In this document: one piece after another, positions 13,782 through 26,174 of the stretch | How the letters are laid out: each line of letters begins with the position of its first letter | Numbering within the stretch: the stretch's first letter is position 1 | Assembly: GCF_040938485.1 (NCBI RefSeq) | Contig: NW_027270986.1 | Span: 2,232,001-2,296,000, forward strand | DNA: 64,000 bases | Source of the DNA: Diadema antillarum | Lineage: Eukaryota | Reading direction: 5' to 3' | The notes under the pieces: model-generated | Database searches by the model: none | The model's input: only the letters and a program-made list of their open reading frames with translations | What the model was told of the DNA's origin: nothing | Made by a program: the position numbers and the translations under genes

Positions 13782-15573
13782 GTCCACACTGACCATAAAT
13801 TAGTTCTGTTGTCGTTAATTTTCCTCGGGCCACAGCGAAGCAAAGCGGCCAGGAGGTCGTCTTGATTTAAAGCTTTCCGTCAGGGTGGCGTCTGTCTACA
13901 ACCTGCTCAAGCCACAAGCAGAGACTGTCTCCTTGTGTAAATGCTGTTAATGCATTAGCCACAATGTGCTGTTTTAGAGGGATCTATGCTCCAAACTGTG
14001 TACATTAATGTGTGTGAGAGAAAGAGTAGCTTCAAACAAGTAGAAATTTTAAAACATTGTTATCACTTGGCTAAAAAAGAAGTGAGACAATGAAAGAATT
14101 TTTATGGGAAGTACATAATATTTAAACATGCAGTATTTATTGTTAACACTATGCAAACAGGCCACGATGCAGTCATTTCACAATTTCCCAGCTATTTGTT
14201 CATTTTAACATTAAAATCTCTCTTTATTGACTGTAATCTTCACAAAGTTATTACTGTCAAGTTCATACAGCTTCCGAGAAACCAGCATAAAGAATAAGAA
14301 GAAAAGATGCATTTCAGATGATTTATATAATTTCACGTCTTGTAGAACATAAATTGATAGTGCCATGGGATACATTTGTGGAATTTATTGTGGCCTTTGA
14401 GCAGAGAAACCAATACTCAGAAAAACTGAAAACATGATACTCTGAACAAGTATTATTACATAGGAGGCTTACATATTCAAGTAATGTACAACTGTAGCAA
14501 TGTCATTCCATTACAATTTCACTTGCGTAACAAGTCCAGCTGTGTAGAATTTATGCATGCTTTCTTCTTTTGTTCTGCTTCCCATTCTCATGTGAAGCTG
14601 TTGTGTGATCATCCTGGTACAGTGTGATTTTGGAAATATTCTTATTCCTCCTCCCATTCTGAAACTTTGTACCCAATATAACCAATGTATAGGTGTTCAG
14701 ATGTAAAAGTCTAAAAAATCATTTGGAGTTTTCCTTTAAGAAACATGGAGCCAGCTATCCAAACCACGCTCTTCCAGCAATCATCACATTTCCTCTAGTG
14801 TTAGGATGAATTAACAAATTGCCAGTGGTTGATGAGAAGAGTTTCCAGAAATTTGAAGGAGAGGAGAACGATTTATCCAAGTGTCTGCAAATTTCACAAG
14901 TAATTAGTGGTCGTAGGAGACCACAAGGTTCTATTGTTGGCGACTAAGATTACATTTTCAATTGCTATGACGTAACTCGGTATGTATGGTGGCAGCCAAG
15001 CAATTAGTGGTGTTTGCCAAATGCAATTTGGTCTGATGTAATTCTATCTATGTGTGGACTATTAATGGCTTGTACATTACGAAAGAATGTTGTTAAAAGA
15101 TGTGACTTGAATTTCTTATTTGTTCTCTTCCAATTTTCTTCACATCAAGTGATGTTGTTTGCCAATTACCGTGTAACTTGTTAGTAATGATAAGTGTATA
15201 ATTTCATGAAAAGGAAAAAGCACATAACATTATGTTCATTTTATGTCTAGGTAATTTGACAAGGATAAGTAAGCCTTCAATTTGCCTGGTTCACCGAGTG
15301 ACCTAGATTATTTGAGGCGTACAATTGATATCAGAGCTGGTCTGGTCAAATACAAGTTGACATTTGGGGATGTTATTTTGACAATAGCAACGCTAGGATA
15401 ATAATAATGACTGGGCCCTCTGGTAGAGCAGTGGCAACACTGAAGAAGCTACCCTGGAGAAAGAAGACCTTAATATTATTATCATTATTGTCATTATGAT
15501 CATTACGATTATTATTATTATTAGCAAAGGTATGTGCAGAATATACACTTTGACTGTAATCATAGTGTAGATG

Positions 15574-15733
15574 CAGTGGCGGATCGGGGGGGGGGGGGGT
15601 GCACCGGGCACGCATCCCCTCTTTATTTTTTGTTAAAACAAAAGAAATAAAAAGACCAAAAGTGGGGGGGGGGGGCACGTGTGCCCCTTTAATTTTGTAA
15701 AGGCACCTCCTTGAATTCCTGGATCCGCCCCTG
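15574..15733 (+). mobile_element. CAGTGGCGGATC-type G-rich MITE, copy 1
   Basis: CAGTGGCGGATC-G(n)...GGATCCGCCCCTG, flanked by agatg on both sides. Confidence 0.75.
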
Positions 15734-17462
15734 AGATGACCAGTTTGAAGACAGAAACACTTTTGTTAAACATTTCAGTTCCGGTACATAGCTGTCACAA
15801 TGAGGCTTCAGTTTGTGTGATGAAATGAGTGTATTTAGTCAAAGAATCACATTGCATCCAGTGGGTTAAAGTAGAACAGGCTTACGTGTCACAGGATTGA
15901 TGAGAGGGTGTAGCCTCTGGGTGTCAGGAAATAGAGAGCTTCTTGTCCACCTGTTCCTTGGCATAACTTGCAAGGTTGTTTATTCATGCCTGCTCCGTCT
16001 TGTCAAGCACAGAGTATATTATCACCAGAGGATAGAAAAGGGAAAAGATCAAGGCCTCAGCCTCTATTCATGAAGGAGATTTGCTTTGCCCTTGCCACAT
16101 TGGCAAACCATCCTACTAATACTGAAACATATTTTGTAACAAGACTTACGCTTAGATGCCTGAAGGCTTGCCCACGACTTGCTGCGCAGAGAAAAATAAG
16201 TAATTCATGCAAACTGGGTTTGGGATATTGAGATGCATTTTGTTGGAACAGGTGGATTGTATACAGTTCTTTGCGGGCTGTTCTGAGGGGAAATATCCAT
16301 GAATGAATTTGAATGCATCAAGGGAAGCAGCCTTATAGAGCAGATTTCTTTGCAAATTTATTCGTGATCTTGACATTAAACCCCTTGACTCAGTTAGGAC
16401 TAACAAATGATCCTCATCCAACTTGGCTCCTGGCATTGAGGATATGGTTTTGTCTCTTCAAACTGTCAGCCAGTTTTTAAATACATCATCTGTGTAAGAC
16501 AATGAAGGACCTTGTAACTGAGGAAGACAGGTTTAGAAGCTGGGTTGGTATGGTGGCACATCTCTCTAGGTGTGGGAAGAACTCTTTCTGCCCTACATAG
16601 GCGCAGGAATTCTTTTAGTATACCAACCCATGCAGAACCTGACATTTTGTTTTATATTGTGTACAATATCATAAGCCCTCATTTACGAGAACAAAGCATT
16701 CACAGGTGTGGGTACAATCACGTTTGCATTGTCAGAAAACAGAAAAGAAACAAGCTTACAATTTTATCACAATGGAAATGCATTATTCAAATGTATAGAG
16801 CTGGCAACCTATACTGAATGAATGAAAAAAAAAAGAAGAAAAATCATTCAAGGAACTTTGAAAGCATGTTCCTTCTCCAGTGTAGAATTATGTGTTTGAT
16901 AATGATAAAGAGATGAGCCAGGCTGGCGAGCAAATTGTGTTGCCTCGGGGAAAGGTGTCAAATCTGTAAAGATCCTGTGATCAGGCATTTCATTTGCAAC
17001 ATTTAGTTCAATATCCAGCTGAAACAGGATGATATCCACTGATGATCGGACTGATCTGGTCTTAATAGTATCACCCTGGGGACAAAGTCTCAGGAGGATA
17101 CCGCAAGTTCAGCGGCACTTTATGCTGCCACCTCCACCATATCACATTTCTTTTCCACACGCTACCTTCCACACTTTCTCGATGGATTTTATTCAATTTT
17201 GCCAGGGTTGGTGTTTTATAGGAGAAAAAAAATCTAGCCATCACCTATTTTTGGACAGCACCCTTAATGTTCAGATTTCTATAGGCTACACAAATACAAA
17301 ACTGATATGTAATTGCAATAGCCAAGCTGCTAAAATGGGGGGTTTTTCTTTCATATTTGCTCTAGCATATGCTGCAGTGTTCCAACTTTTTGACCACAAG
17401 AATAAATGCCCCGGATGTTTGAGCTCTGGTATAAATTGTGATGCATAGGACTACTTATACTA

Positions 17463-19620
17463 TAGGTTAGTACAAGGGATACATTTGCATTTGTGGTAAC
17501 ATAATTCTCTAGTAGGGCCATTCTCAGATTAAGTGTTCAATTCCATGTGAGTAAAACCGAAAAATCAACCACAAAGTAATACATTCAAAGATGTGTTTTC
17601 AGAAACTTCAAAACCGGTCAAATACGAAACAAAAAGTGGAACATTCTAAATGATGGCCATTCATTGAGTAAAAAGGAATTGAAATAGAGCATCATATATG
17701 ATTTTCGATCACCAATCAGATACGTTACCACAAATTTACATGTTGTAATGGACTCCTAACTCTGAATTAAATTTATTGTTTTGATCCAATTTCTGTTCAG
17801 GAAAAGACATCTGTCCCCCCTAAAGATATTGGGGTTTTTCAAGAGGTAAAGATGTTGTCATCCCTTGCTAATTGGTAGAAATTATTTCTGTGTGGTAGGT
17901 TGAAATATGCTTTTTGCTGAAATGAAATATAACCTTAAGATTCACTTTGTATTTTTAGCAAATTTTGCTTACAAATAAAGTTTCGAATCCCACAAATCAT
18001 GCAAAGGGAACGATCCGATCTGGAATTTCCACAGGAAACAAATATGAATTGCTTTCCTGGGGAAATAACTATTGAAAAACATCGAATCACCTTTGGTAAC
18101 GTATCTGGTAAAATATAAGTAATAATTTTAGTTGTGTATGAATTAATAAATATCACCTGTTTAAATGAATGATGTAAGCCCAAATTAACCATTTTAAACA
18201 TTGTACGTAATATTTAAACTATGAAGTGTAGTGGAAAAGAGCCCTAAATGTGAAAGCTGAGTTCTTCATTCACAGAATATTCTCATCTTACGTCTGAATG
18301 TATTTATCCATCTGACTATAAATATTCATTAAGTTTTGATGGATAATGCAAACAAGGTTTAAAAATATATTTTTGCAGGCACTTAGAAGGAAGTAGGTAC
18401 AGTCTCTATGAACTCGATATGCTAAACAGTTGTTTGACCTATGGTAACGTATTTGGCTCATCCCTTTTAATGAAAATGAATAAATAATTGTTCAACTTAT
18501 CAATGAATCTTGAGTAGTTCTTCATATGTTGAAAAACACTAGAATAAATATGCAACAGAACACTGAAACTTTTCTCGGAAGCGTTTCATAAACTACTTTT
18601 TACTCTTTCAAAGTTTGGTAACGTATCTGGCGTACCGTAAATGAATCTGTCGGTGAAGTTACAGAGCAATTTCTACTGAATATTCTTCATTTGACCATAA
18701 CTTTAATTTTTTATGGAAGCGTCATTCTATGCAGAATTGTTTTATGAACACTTTGTTTTACATAACATTATTTGTCGCCGTGGGTGCCCTGAATTATACG
18801 TAACGTATCTGCTAAATCTGAAAAGCAAAAAACTGATATGCTGAATCTTAGCTTCGTCTTGTAAAATAAACGTTCAAAGTTGTTGCATAGAATATGAAAG
18901 TGGCTGAGTTTTATAGAATAGAACTTTGGAGTTTATAAGCACAGAACGATTTGTTTGTAAAAACATTTACAATTTCTTTTCAGCATTTTGATTATGTGGT
19001 AATGTATTTGTCGGAAAACTTGGCATTAAGTTGTGAGACACTGACGCAGAAAGAAAAATCATGTCGAAGTGTTGCTCTTTTTCACCTCTCTGTCCTTTTG
19101 GTGTAAGAATATAATCCTGAGGTCCAACAAAACGAAGCATGTAATGTGTAGGGATGAATTTTGACCAGATTTGATCCCCAGAAAGCACAAGACCAATGAG
19201 CAAAATTCGGTCACGTATCTGGGGTAACGTATCTGTGGTAACGTGTATGGTCGATCATATTATTATGAGAGCGATATGTACCTAATATTTCTCACTTGTA
19301 CTAAACTTTAATGTTGAATCGATGCATCATTCCAAGGAGTAATGTATAATATACAATTTGTCTGACATTGCAATATCTGTCGCAGTGGGTGGCGTGAAAA
19401 GTATGTAACGTATCTGTCCAAATAAAAGTGTAGAAAACCGATATTTCAAACATTGTACCGTATTCTCAATAAAGAGCTGTTGCACAAAAAATCTAAGTAC
19501 TTGCAATGTATGAAGTATATCCTCAGGGTTTCATATACACAGGGTCATTGCATTGTCTTGTTATTTTCGCAATGCTGTAACACTAAAGAAACTGGTAACG
19601 TATCTGGCGGTGAACTTGGC
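17463..19620. repeat. Unclassified ~2.1-kb segment with dispersed GTAACGTATCTG motifs, probably transposon-derived
   Basis: Motif starts at 18096, 18444, 18618, 18800, 19210, 19224, 19238, 19405 and 19595, plus an inverted copy at 17717. Boundaries are uncertain. Confidence 0.55.
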
Positions 19621-20053
19621 GACAGGTTTCAAAAGGCTATAATAAAAGAAGTCAATAAAAATTTTGGAACTTTTTGAGTATTGTGATTAGCACATATGAT
19701 ATGCTCATCGTCCATGAAAATGATATTTGGAAAGTGTGTTTGTGGACGGAGAGGAGCAATAAAACATAATTCTGAAATAGCCAGCGACACTGCATTTTGG
19801 GGGTCTTAACGAAGTTTAACAGCAAAATTTTATACAAAAAGGCAGACAACCGCATTTGATCGTGTTTATTTTTAACAAATAAAGTCCTCGTGATATATTA
19901 TAAATGTTGTTGTTGTTATTTTAAAGATCGGAAGAAGAGAAAGAGAGAGAAATGGGGCCCTATACAAATAATTTGCCCCAGACAGCACTTAAACATAAAC
20001 CAAACATTATAGATCTTAAAGAGATATAAACAAGAATATTAAATGCATACCAA

Positions 20054-20191
20054 GTCTCCTCGAGGGAGCTCATATCGTCTCCACGAGGGAGCTCATGTTG
20101 TCTCCACAAAGGAGCTCATAAAGTCTCCACGAGGGAGCTCATATTGTCTCCATAAAGGAGCTCATTACGTCTCCACGAGGGAGCTCATATG
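20054..20191. repeat. 23-bp minisatellite x6 (GTCTCCACGAGGGAGCTCAT + 3 variable nt)
   Basis: Units start at 20054, 20077, 20100, 20123, 20146 and 20169. Confidence 0.95.
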
Positions 20192-20825
20192 ATATTGATG
20201 AATACCTCATATTCTTCAGACAAACTCAAATAACTAAACAATACACGCGCGCGTGTACCGCACACTAACTCATCCACGTGCACACACTCAACCACATACA
20301 CACACCTCCAACCACGCACAGACACACCCATATCATGGTTCAACCCATATAAATATATATATTATAAACATTTAAATAGTATCTGATAGGTTTCAGGGAA
20401 CCGCAAACTGTCATGGAATGTCGGCGACACCAAAATTCTGTACTTGAACGCTTTTACTGAGAATGGGCCAGTAGTGTTGTAATGTCCAAGTAGCAAACCC
20501 TGCTGTATGTGGGAATGCTGCATATTATCACAGCAGATATCAGTTTTCATCTGGACTGCAGGTACTGTCCACCAAAATATCGCATTTTCATACCAGAATT
20601 GCGAGAGCAGTCATGACAGCCGCTCTCAGAGACTTGTTTCTGCTAAAATTTCCAATCAAAGCCTGCAGAGCATATAAAATTTTTAATGCCTTACTGTGAC
20701 TTAATGACATTAAAAAAAAAAAAACATTTCTCTTAGAAACTGGTAATAAGGTGTTAGAGTTTGCAAAACACTGATGCACGCTAAACTAGAATTCATAAGG
20801 AGTCTCTTATCTCTTGAGTCAGTAG

Positions 20826-20905
20826 TCATTCATACATGCATTCATTCATTCATTCATTCATTCATTCATTCATTCATTCATTCATTCATACATACATTCA
20901 TTCAT
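20826..20905. repeat. (TCAT)n microsatellite
   Basis: Read directly from the sequence. Confidence 0.95.
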
Positions 20906-22036
20906 TTGTTTTTCTGTTTGCAACAGAAATATGTAATTTTCTTTACAGAAGTTGAAGGTATTGAGTCAGATTTCGGAAGTATTGTTGCCAAAAAAAAGAA
21001 AAGAGAAGAAGCAACAACCACTGGTATGAAAGGACAGCTGTAAGTGTGATGAACTCCAGGACTTTCCTTATACTCGTCATGATGACTTTTATTTATTTGT
21101 TTTTTTCTGTGTGTTTTCTCATACAATCTCTCCATCATTGCTCCATAACTTTCCAATTTCTGAATGAAACCTAAACTCTTGGATTTGAAAGTCAGCTGTG
21201 CTGTAGGCTCTTTGGAGTTATTGGATGCTGCTCATGGTGCATCAAAAGAAGCAAAAAAATTTTTTCTCGCAATGATGTATTTTTAGTCCACATACAATAT
21301 TACAAAAGCCCTCTAAATTTAGATATATTTTGAGCAGCAAATTCAAGCTTGAGTGGTTTTTGCCCCACAATGAAATTTCACCATTTCCGCGGCTGCCATT
21401 GCAAGAGGAAGTATTGGGCAATACAAGCGAGCGGTGAATTCATCCCGCAATTCGGGAGAGTGCGAGAAATCTTGCACAAACATGGGATCGTCTCCTTGGT
21501 GTGGAATGATTAACTGCTGAGGCAGCTGCAGGAAGAACGGAGCTGTGGCGAGGTTTTTTTAAAAGTGTTTGGGCTTTGATGGATGATTAAATGGTGTCTA
21601 ATTGGAGCCATCATTCTTAGGTGGTGCCAAGAAAAGGAGAAGGGAAATCAAGCTCCATCCAGTGTGTCTGAAAAAAACCATCAGTGCTATTAAAAGAGAG
21701 AGAGAGAAAGAGAGGTGTGAAGTGAATGCAAAGTTTGATTACAAGAATGAGAGAATAGATGAAAAAGGAGAGGTACTCTATTATGCAAAGATTTCCCAAA
21801 GTACAAAATTCCCCCTTCCCATACCATTTCATAATATTATCATTATCGTATCATCATTAATCACTCTTATAATTCGTATTTCCATTATGCTATATATGTC
21901 ATCATGACATCATATTACACTCTTTTCCTTTAGCAAAAACTTGTCAACTTGAAATGCAATGCTGTAAAGTTTATAGCAAAATGCAAGAATTGTGTGTTTG
22001 ATGGTTTGTCCAGCCTGACACAATTCTACATCAAAT

Positions 22037-22283
22037 GAAGAGTTTGTTTGCAAAAACCGATAAGTCCATATTTGTCAAATGGAGATATTGGCGATTAAAT
22101 GTCAAGAAAAATAAAGAGAATAATAAGGGAATTTTTGCTTCTTTTGACCATAACTTCAAAAATATACCTTTATGTGTAGTGACCAATATATCATTTAAAA
22201 GGTATTATTTTGTATTTTATGACAGATACCGTACTTTAAAATCTTCAAAAATGGACTTATCGGTTTTTGCAAACAAACTCTTC
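22037..22283. mobile_element. MITE with 4-bp AAAT TSD (Sola-like)
   Basis: aaat|GAAGAGTTTGTTTGCAAAAACCGATAAGTCCAT...ATGGACTTATCGGTTTTTGCAAACAAACTCTTC|aaat, a perfect 33-bp TIR. Confidence 0.85.
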
Positions 22284-22723
22284 AAATGGAGTTCATTTTA
22301 CCATATCTTGTAGTATGTAGTTACATGACCCAGATGTTTCATGCAGAATACTCCCTTTGATGCTATGAATGTATTGTAAAAAGAGTTTTGTTACCAGAGT
22401 ATGACAAAATGCAGTAGATACCAATTTATAAGAGAATATTCTCTTCTTTTATTTTTCAGATTTGGACCAGGAGCATGCCATCTAGAAGATAGCAAGCAGA
22501 ATTAATTCTTCCAGAGGAGAATGAACTGAGTGAGTTTCATAATTCCTCAATATAACTGTTTTTGAAGCATGAAATGATTGATTTTCAATCACCATGTTTA
22601 ACTTGAAGCAGCCGGGGTCAGCCTCAGAAGATTTTGGCTCTGCCTTGCATGATCAATGAAGAAAGGTTTGTGAGCTTTAGGATCAAAAGGTCAAAACAGA
22701 AACTACGTGAGCCATTTCAATAT

Positions 22724-23413
22724 GTGACCCTGCACCTCAGAACAAACAAAAAGTCGCCAGACATGAATTTTTAGTTAAGACCATATTCTGAAAGAGCAGA
22801 CTTCAAGCTTTAAAATGATGTATAATTCAAATCAAATGGACTCTCCTAACCTATCTAAATATTGGAAAGAAAGCACAAACTCAGGAAAAGTGTGAACCGA
22901 GAAAAGAGGCTCTGAAGTACAGTATCTATTTAAGCGCTTAATCTTTACCAAACCATGCTGGCTGTGCGATGAATGGGACGAAAAACAGGAAGTAAACCAT
23001 GGGAGTAACAACAATGAAGGGATTATCAGATTAAACTGAAATTAAGCATGCCTCATTAACACATTCTGTCCATAATTAATGCCAACTTTCAAAGCAGTAG
23101 CACTATCGTTTCAAAAGTTGTTAGAGTTGAAAGTGAAGAGTGTGGGCAAGGTTTTTCAGAAATGAAAAAGGGATTCTAAAGGCACACCTAATCACGCTAT
23201 TCTACCGAAAATGTTCGAGATAAACTGCTAAAAAAAAACACACTTTCCTGCTCGTTTTATGATACCAAATTTTAGCATAATGTAAAAGAAGACCCGCTCT
23301 TTCAGAAAATATGAAAAAGTCAAGTTCGGCTAGGTTGACCCATTTCACTTATTTTCAGTCCTCACGCAAAATCAGTGTGTGCGACTTTATGTTCGTTTGA
23401 GGTGCATGGTCAC
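22724..23413. mobile_element. Non-autonomous DNA transposon with ATAT TSD (Sola-like)
   Basis: atat|GTGACCCTGCACCTCAGAACAAACAAAAAGTCGC...GCGACTTTATGTTCGTTTGAGGTGCATGGTCAC|atat. Confidence 0.8.
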
Positions 23414-24875
23414 ATATGGTCTAAACATTATAGCAAAAGAAGGTTCATATGTGTTCTGATCTACTTTGGTCCCAGGATATGCTATGAAAAGGTTATGATT
23501 TAATAGATCTGGCAAATGTCAAAGATCATGGTTGTAACATATATGTGCAGTAACTCAAGAAATATAATCTGCTCAATATGCATCAATTTCCATTTAGCAA
23601 TAAAGCACAACTGTTCCACATGTCAAGGTTAGTGATGAAAGTCAAATGTTAATAATAGGAACATCCTTTATATTAATCTAAAAACATTCAATAAGTAAGT
23701 AAAAAGGGTCAGCAATCAGAGTTGAATTTACTCTGAATCAAATTTTAGGTTTTCTAAGAGCCAGGAATGAGATTCAAAAGGGAAGACAAGACATGAGCTA
23801 TTTCACATTCACTGGCCAATAGGTGAGTGGAGAAATTCAAATAAAGTTTGAAGTGAACATATATGTAGATACGTACGTATAACTCATTGTAGTAATAGGG
23901 TACTTAACTGCAAAGCAAATTATCACTTGTTACAATACCCATCATTGTTGTTGAGAATATGTAGACTTCATTATGAAAGGTTTTGCATCGTAACCATAGA
24001 CTAATGATAAAACAATATATTCAGTTTACAAAAAAGGGAGATAAAGAAAAATGGTAGCACTTTACTAGCACAAGTAAAGTTTCAGCTTGTGCTTCAGAAA
24101 TTCATTGTTTTATGCAGGACACGTGTCCGGTGTACAGAGTATAGGCTTTCATTCCCATTGTTTTTTTGGGGGTTTTTTTTGGGGGGGGGGTTTTATTGTT
24201 TGTAATTACTTTCTTGAGCCAATTTCATCCTGCCAAGTATCTATCTGTGTAAATAAACAACTTTGTATCCAAAAACAACACAAGAGCAATTACTCATCAA
24301 ATCCAGGTCTTGTATCAAAGAGTGTACGAACACTTCTGCTCGATTACTTGACTCCCGTTTGACATAAGCAGCAGTTAATGGTAGGTCAGTGCACACACAT
24401 GAATTTCTCAATGAATCCCACATGTTTCTAAATTTGCTGTGGCCCGTTATCAATGACCTGGGCAAGGGTGTAATTCAATTAGGGCATCAATAAAATTGGA
24501 ACAGATGGTGCACTCATTCATTCTATCTTACCATGCCGAAGTTGAACCGGGCGGAACCAGGTGATGTAGCGGGGGATGCATGGGCATAACTCGGCTATGC
24601 CTTTCCGCATTTAGCGCTCCACTGGTGCAGCTGACGCCCTTCCATCACTTTCACAGATGCCTCTGACAACATCGCATTGTTATGCTTATGATCCTGCAAG
24701 AATTACCCAATTTACAGGCATGCAACATTGATTATCAAATGATTTGGCAAGTCAGAAGTTGCTAGAGGGAATACAGAGAGTCGTTTTGCTGTTCTCTTTA
24801 ATTATTAAATGTATAATTGAAACCTCACAACTCATAAACATAGAGATTAGTCACTTCAAAAGATTTTAGATTTAA

Positions 24876-25258
24876 AGGGGTCATATAGTTTTGGTTGAGA
24901 CCCTAATTTCAGGTTTCTAACATTTTTTGGTGAGATAATGAGGAACCTCTTATGAAATATGAAAGAGCATGTAATTCTATGAGGAATTCAACGTTTATTT
25001 GATGAAAATTGGTATTGAAATGGCTGAGATATCCAAAAAAGAGCAATTCTAATAAAGTATGGGACCCACACTTTATTACAATTGCTTTGTTTTACTTTGT
25101 TTTTGGATGTTTCAGTCATTCCAAACCCGATTTTCATCAAATAAACTTTGAATTCCTCTTAAAATGGGATGCTCTGTACTATATCATAAGTGTTTTCTTG
25201 GTATCTCGCAAAAAGTTAGAAGCCCAATTCTCATCTCCACCAATACTGTACAATCCCT
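24876..25258. mobile_element. Non-autonomous TTAA element, Kolobok-like (family B)
   Basis: ttaa|AGGGGTCATATAGTTTTGGT...ACCAATACTGTACAATCCCT|ttaa, with TTAA on both sides. Confidence 0.75.
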
Positions 25259-25771
25259 TTAACATCTATGTGTCTATCAAGCAGGTTGTCTGTGCTCATA
25301 TATCTCATGATTATCTTTGGCCGATCATGTAAGCCCCCAGAAATAACCATAATAAATCTAGCAGAAGTTACCTTCTCTACCTGTTAAGTTCTGGTGAAAA
25401 AAAAACAAAAACAAAAAACATAATCCCCCCTGTTGCAAATCGCTTAGAAAAGTTAGGGTTCATTTATGCTCTCACCAAAACAATATCAAAATATACTTCA
25501 AGCCTGATATATGTTGAGTTGCAGAAATAATTTGAGAAAATCTGGCTCTTATGACTTGAATTAAGAAAGAACAAAGAATTTGCTTGGAAATTCAAAAGAG
25601 CCTTACCTCTTTTTGCCAGATTCCAACAAGTTTTAAAACGAGCATCGCCATGCCATTACGGCCGTGGAGAGTTTCAACAATTTGATTTTGGCATATGTTC
25701 TAGATAGTTGACTTCTTTGTGAAATGAGGTTTGCATATGATGCCAGGGACAGGAATATTCTGAGAGCTCTG

Positions 25772-25888
25772 GGCCCCATTTTATCAAAAGTTATAATCAA
25801 TTATAAATTTCCTCACCAAACAGGCTGCCACAGACTTACCATAGAAATAAACAATATAATCAATAATAACTCTTCATAAAACAAGGCC
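25772..25888. mobile_element. Short Harbinger-like MITE related to the 52255 element
   Basis: ctg|GGCCCCATTTTATCAAAAGTTATAATCAATTATA...TATAATCAATAATAACTCTTCATAAAACAAGGCC|cta. Confidence 0.65.
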
Positions 25889-26088
25889 CTAATGAGGTTA
25901 CAGAACAGACAGATCAGGTGTAGATGTGAACTTAGTGGATGGCTCTGTGAAGTAATGGGCCACCTTGCTCAAAACGTAGGTACTATGTCATTTACAGTAG
26001 CTAGCTATCAAAGTTAGTTACCGGTACCGGATTTGAAATTAGCTCTGAGAATTCTGTAGTTTTCTTCCATTTCCCAAGCTACTTTTAA

Positions 26089-26174
26089 CCCGTTGAAGAC
26101 TGGCTGATTTTGCTGCAACACGCATTTCTCATAGACACCTGCTTGAGTATATTCGGGACACTTCCTCACCGAGG
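26089..26174 (+). mobile_element. piggyBac-like MITE, copy 2
   Basis: ttaa|CCCGTTGAAGACTGGCTGATTTTGCTGCAAC...CACCGAGG|ttaa, collinear with copy 1. Confidence 0.8.

Noticed and set aside
20054-20191. CRISPR-like appearance of the repeat/variable pattern
   Set aside because: The variable part is only 3 nt, the context is eukaryotic and there are no cas genes.
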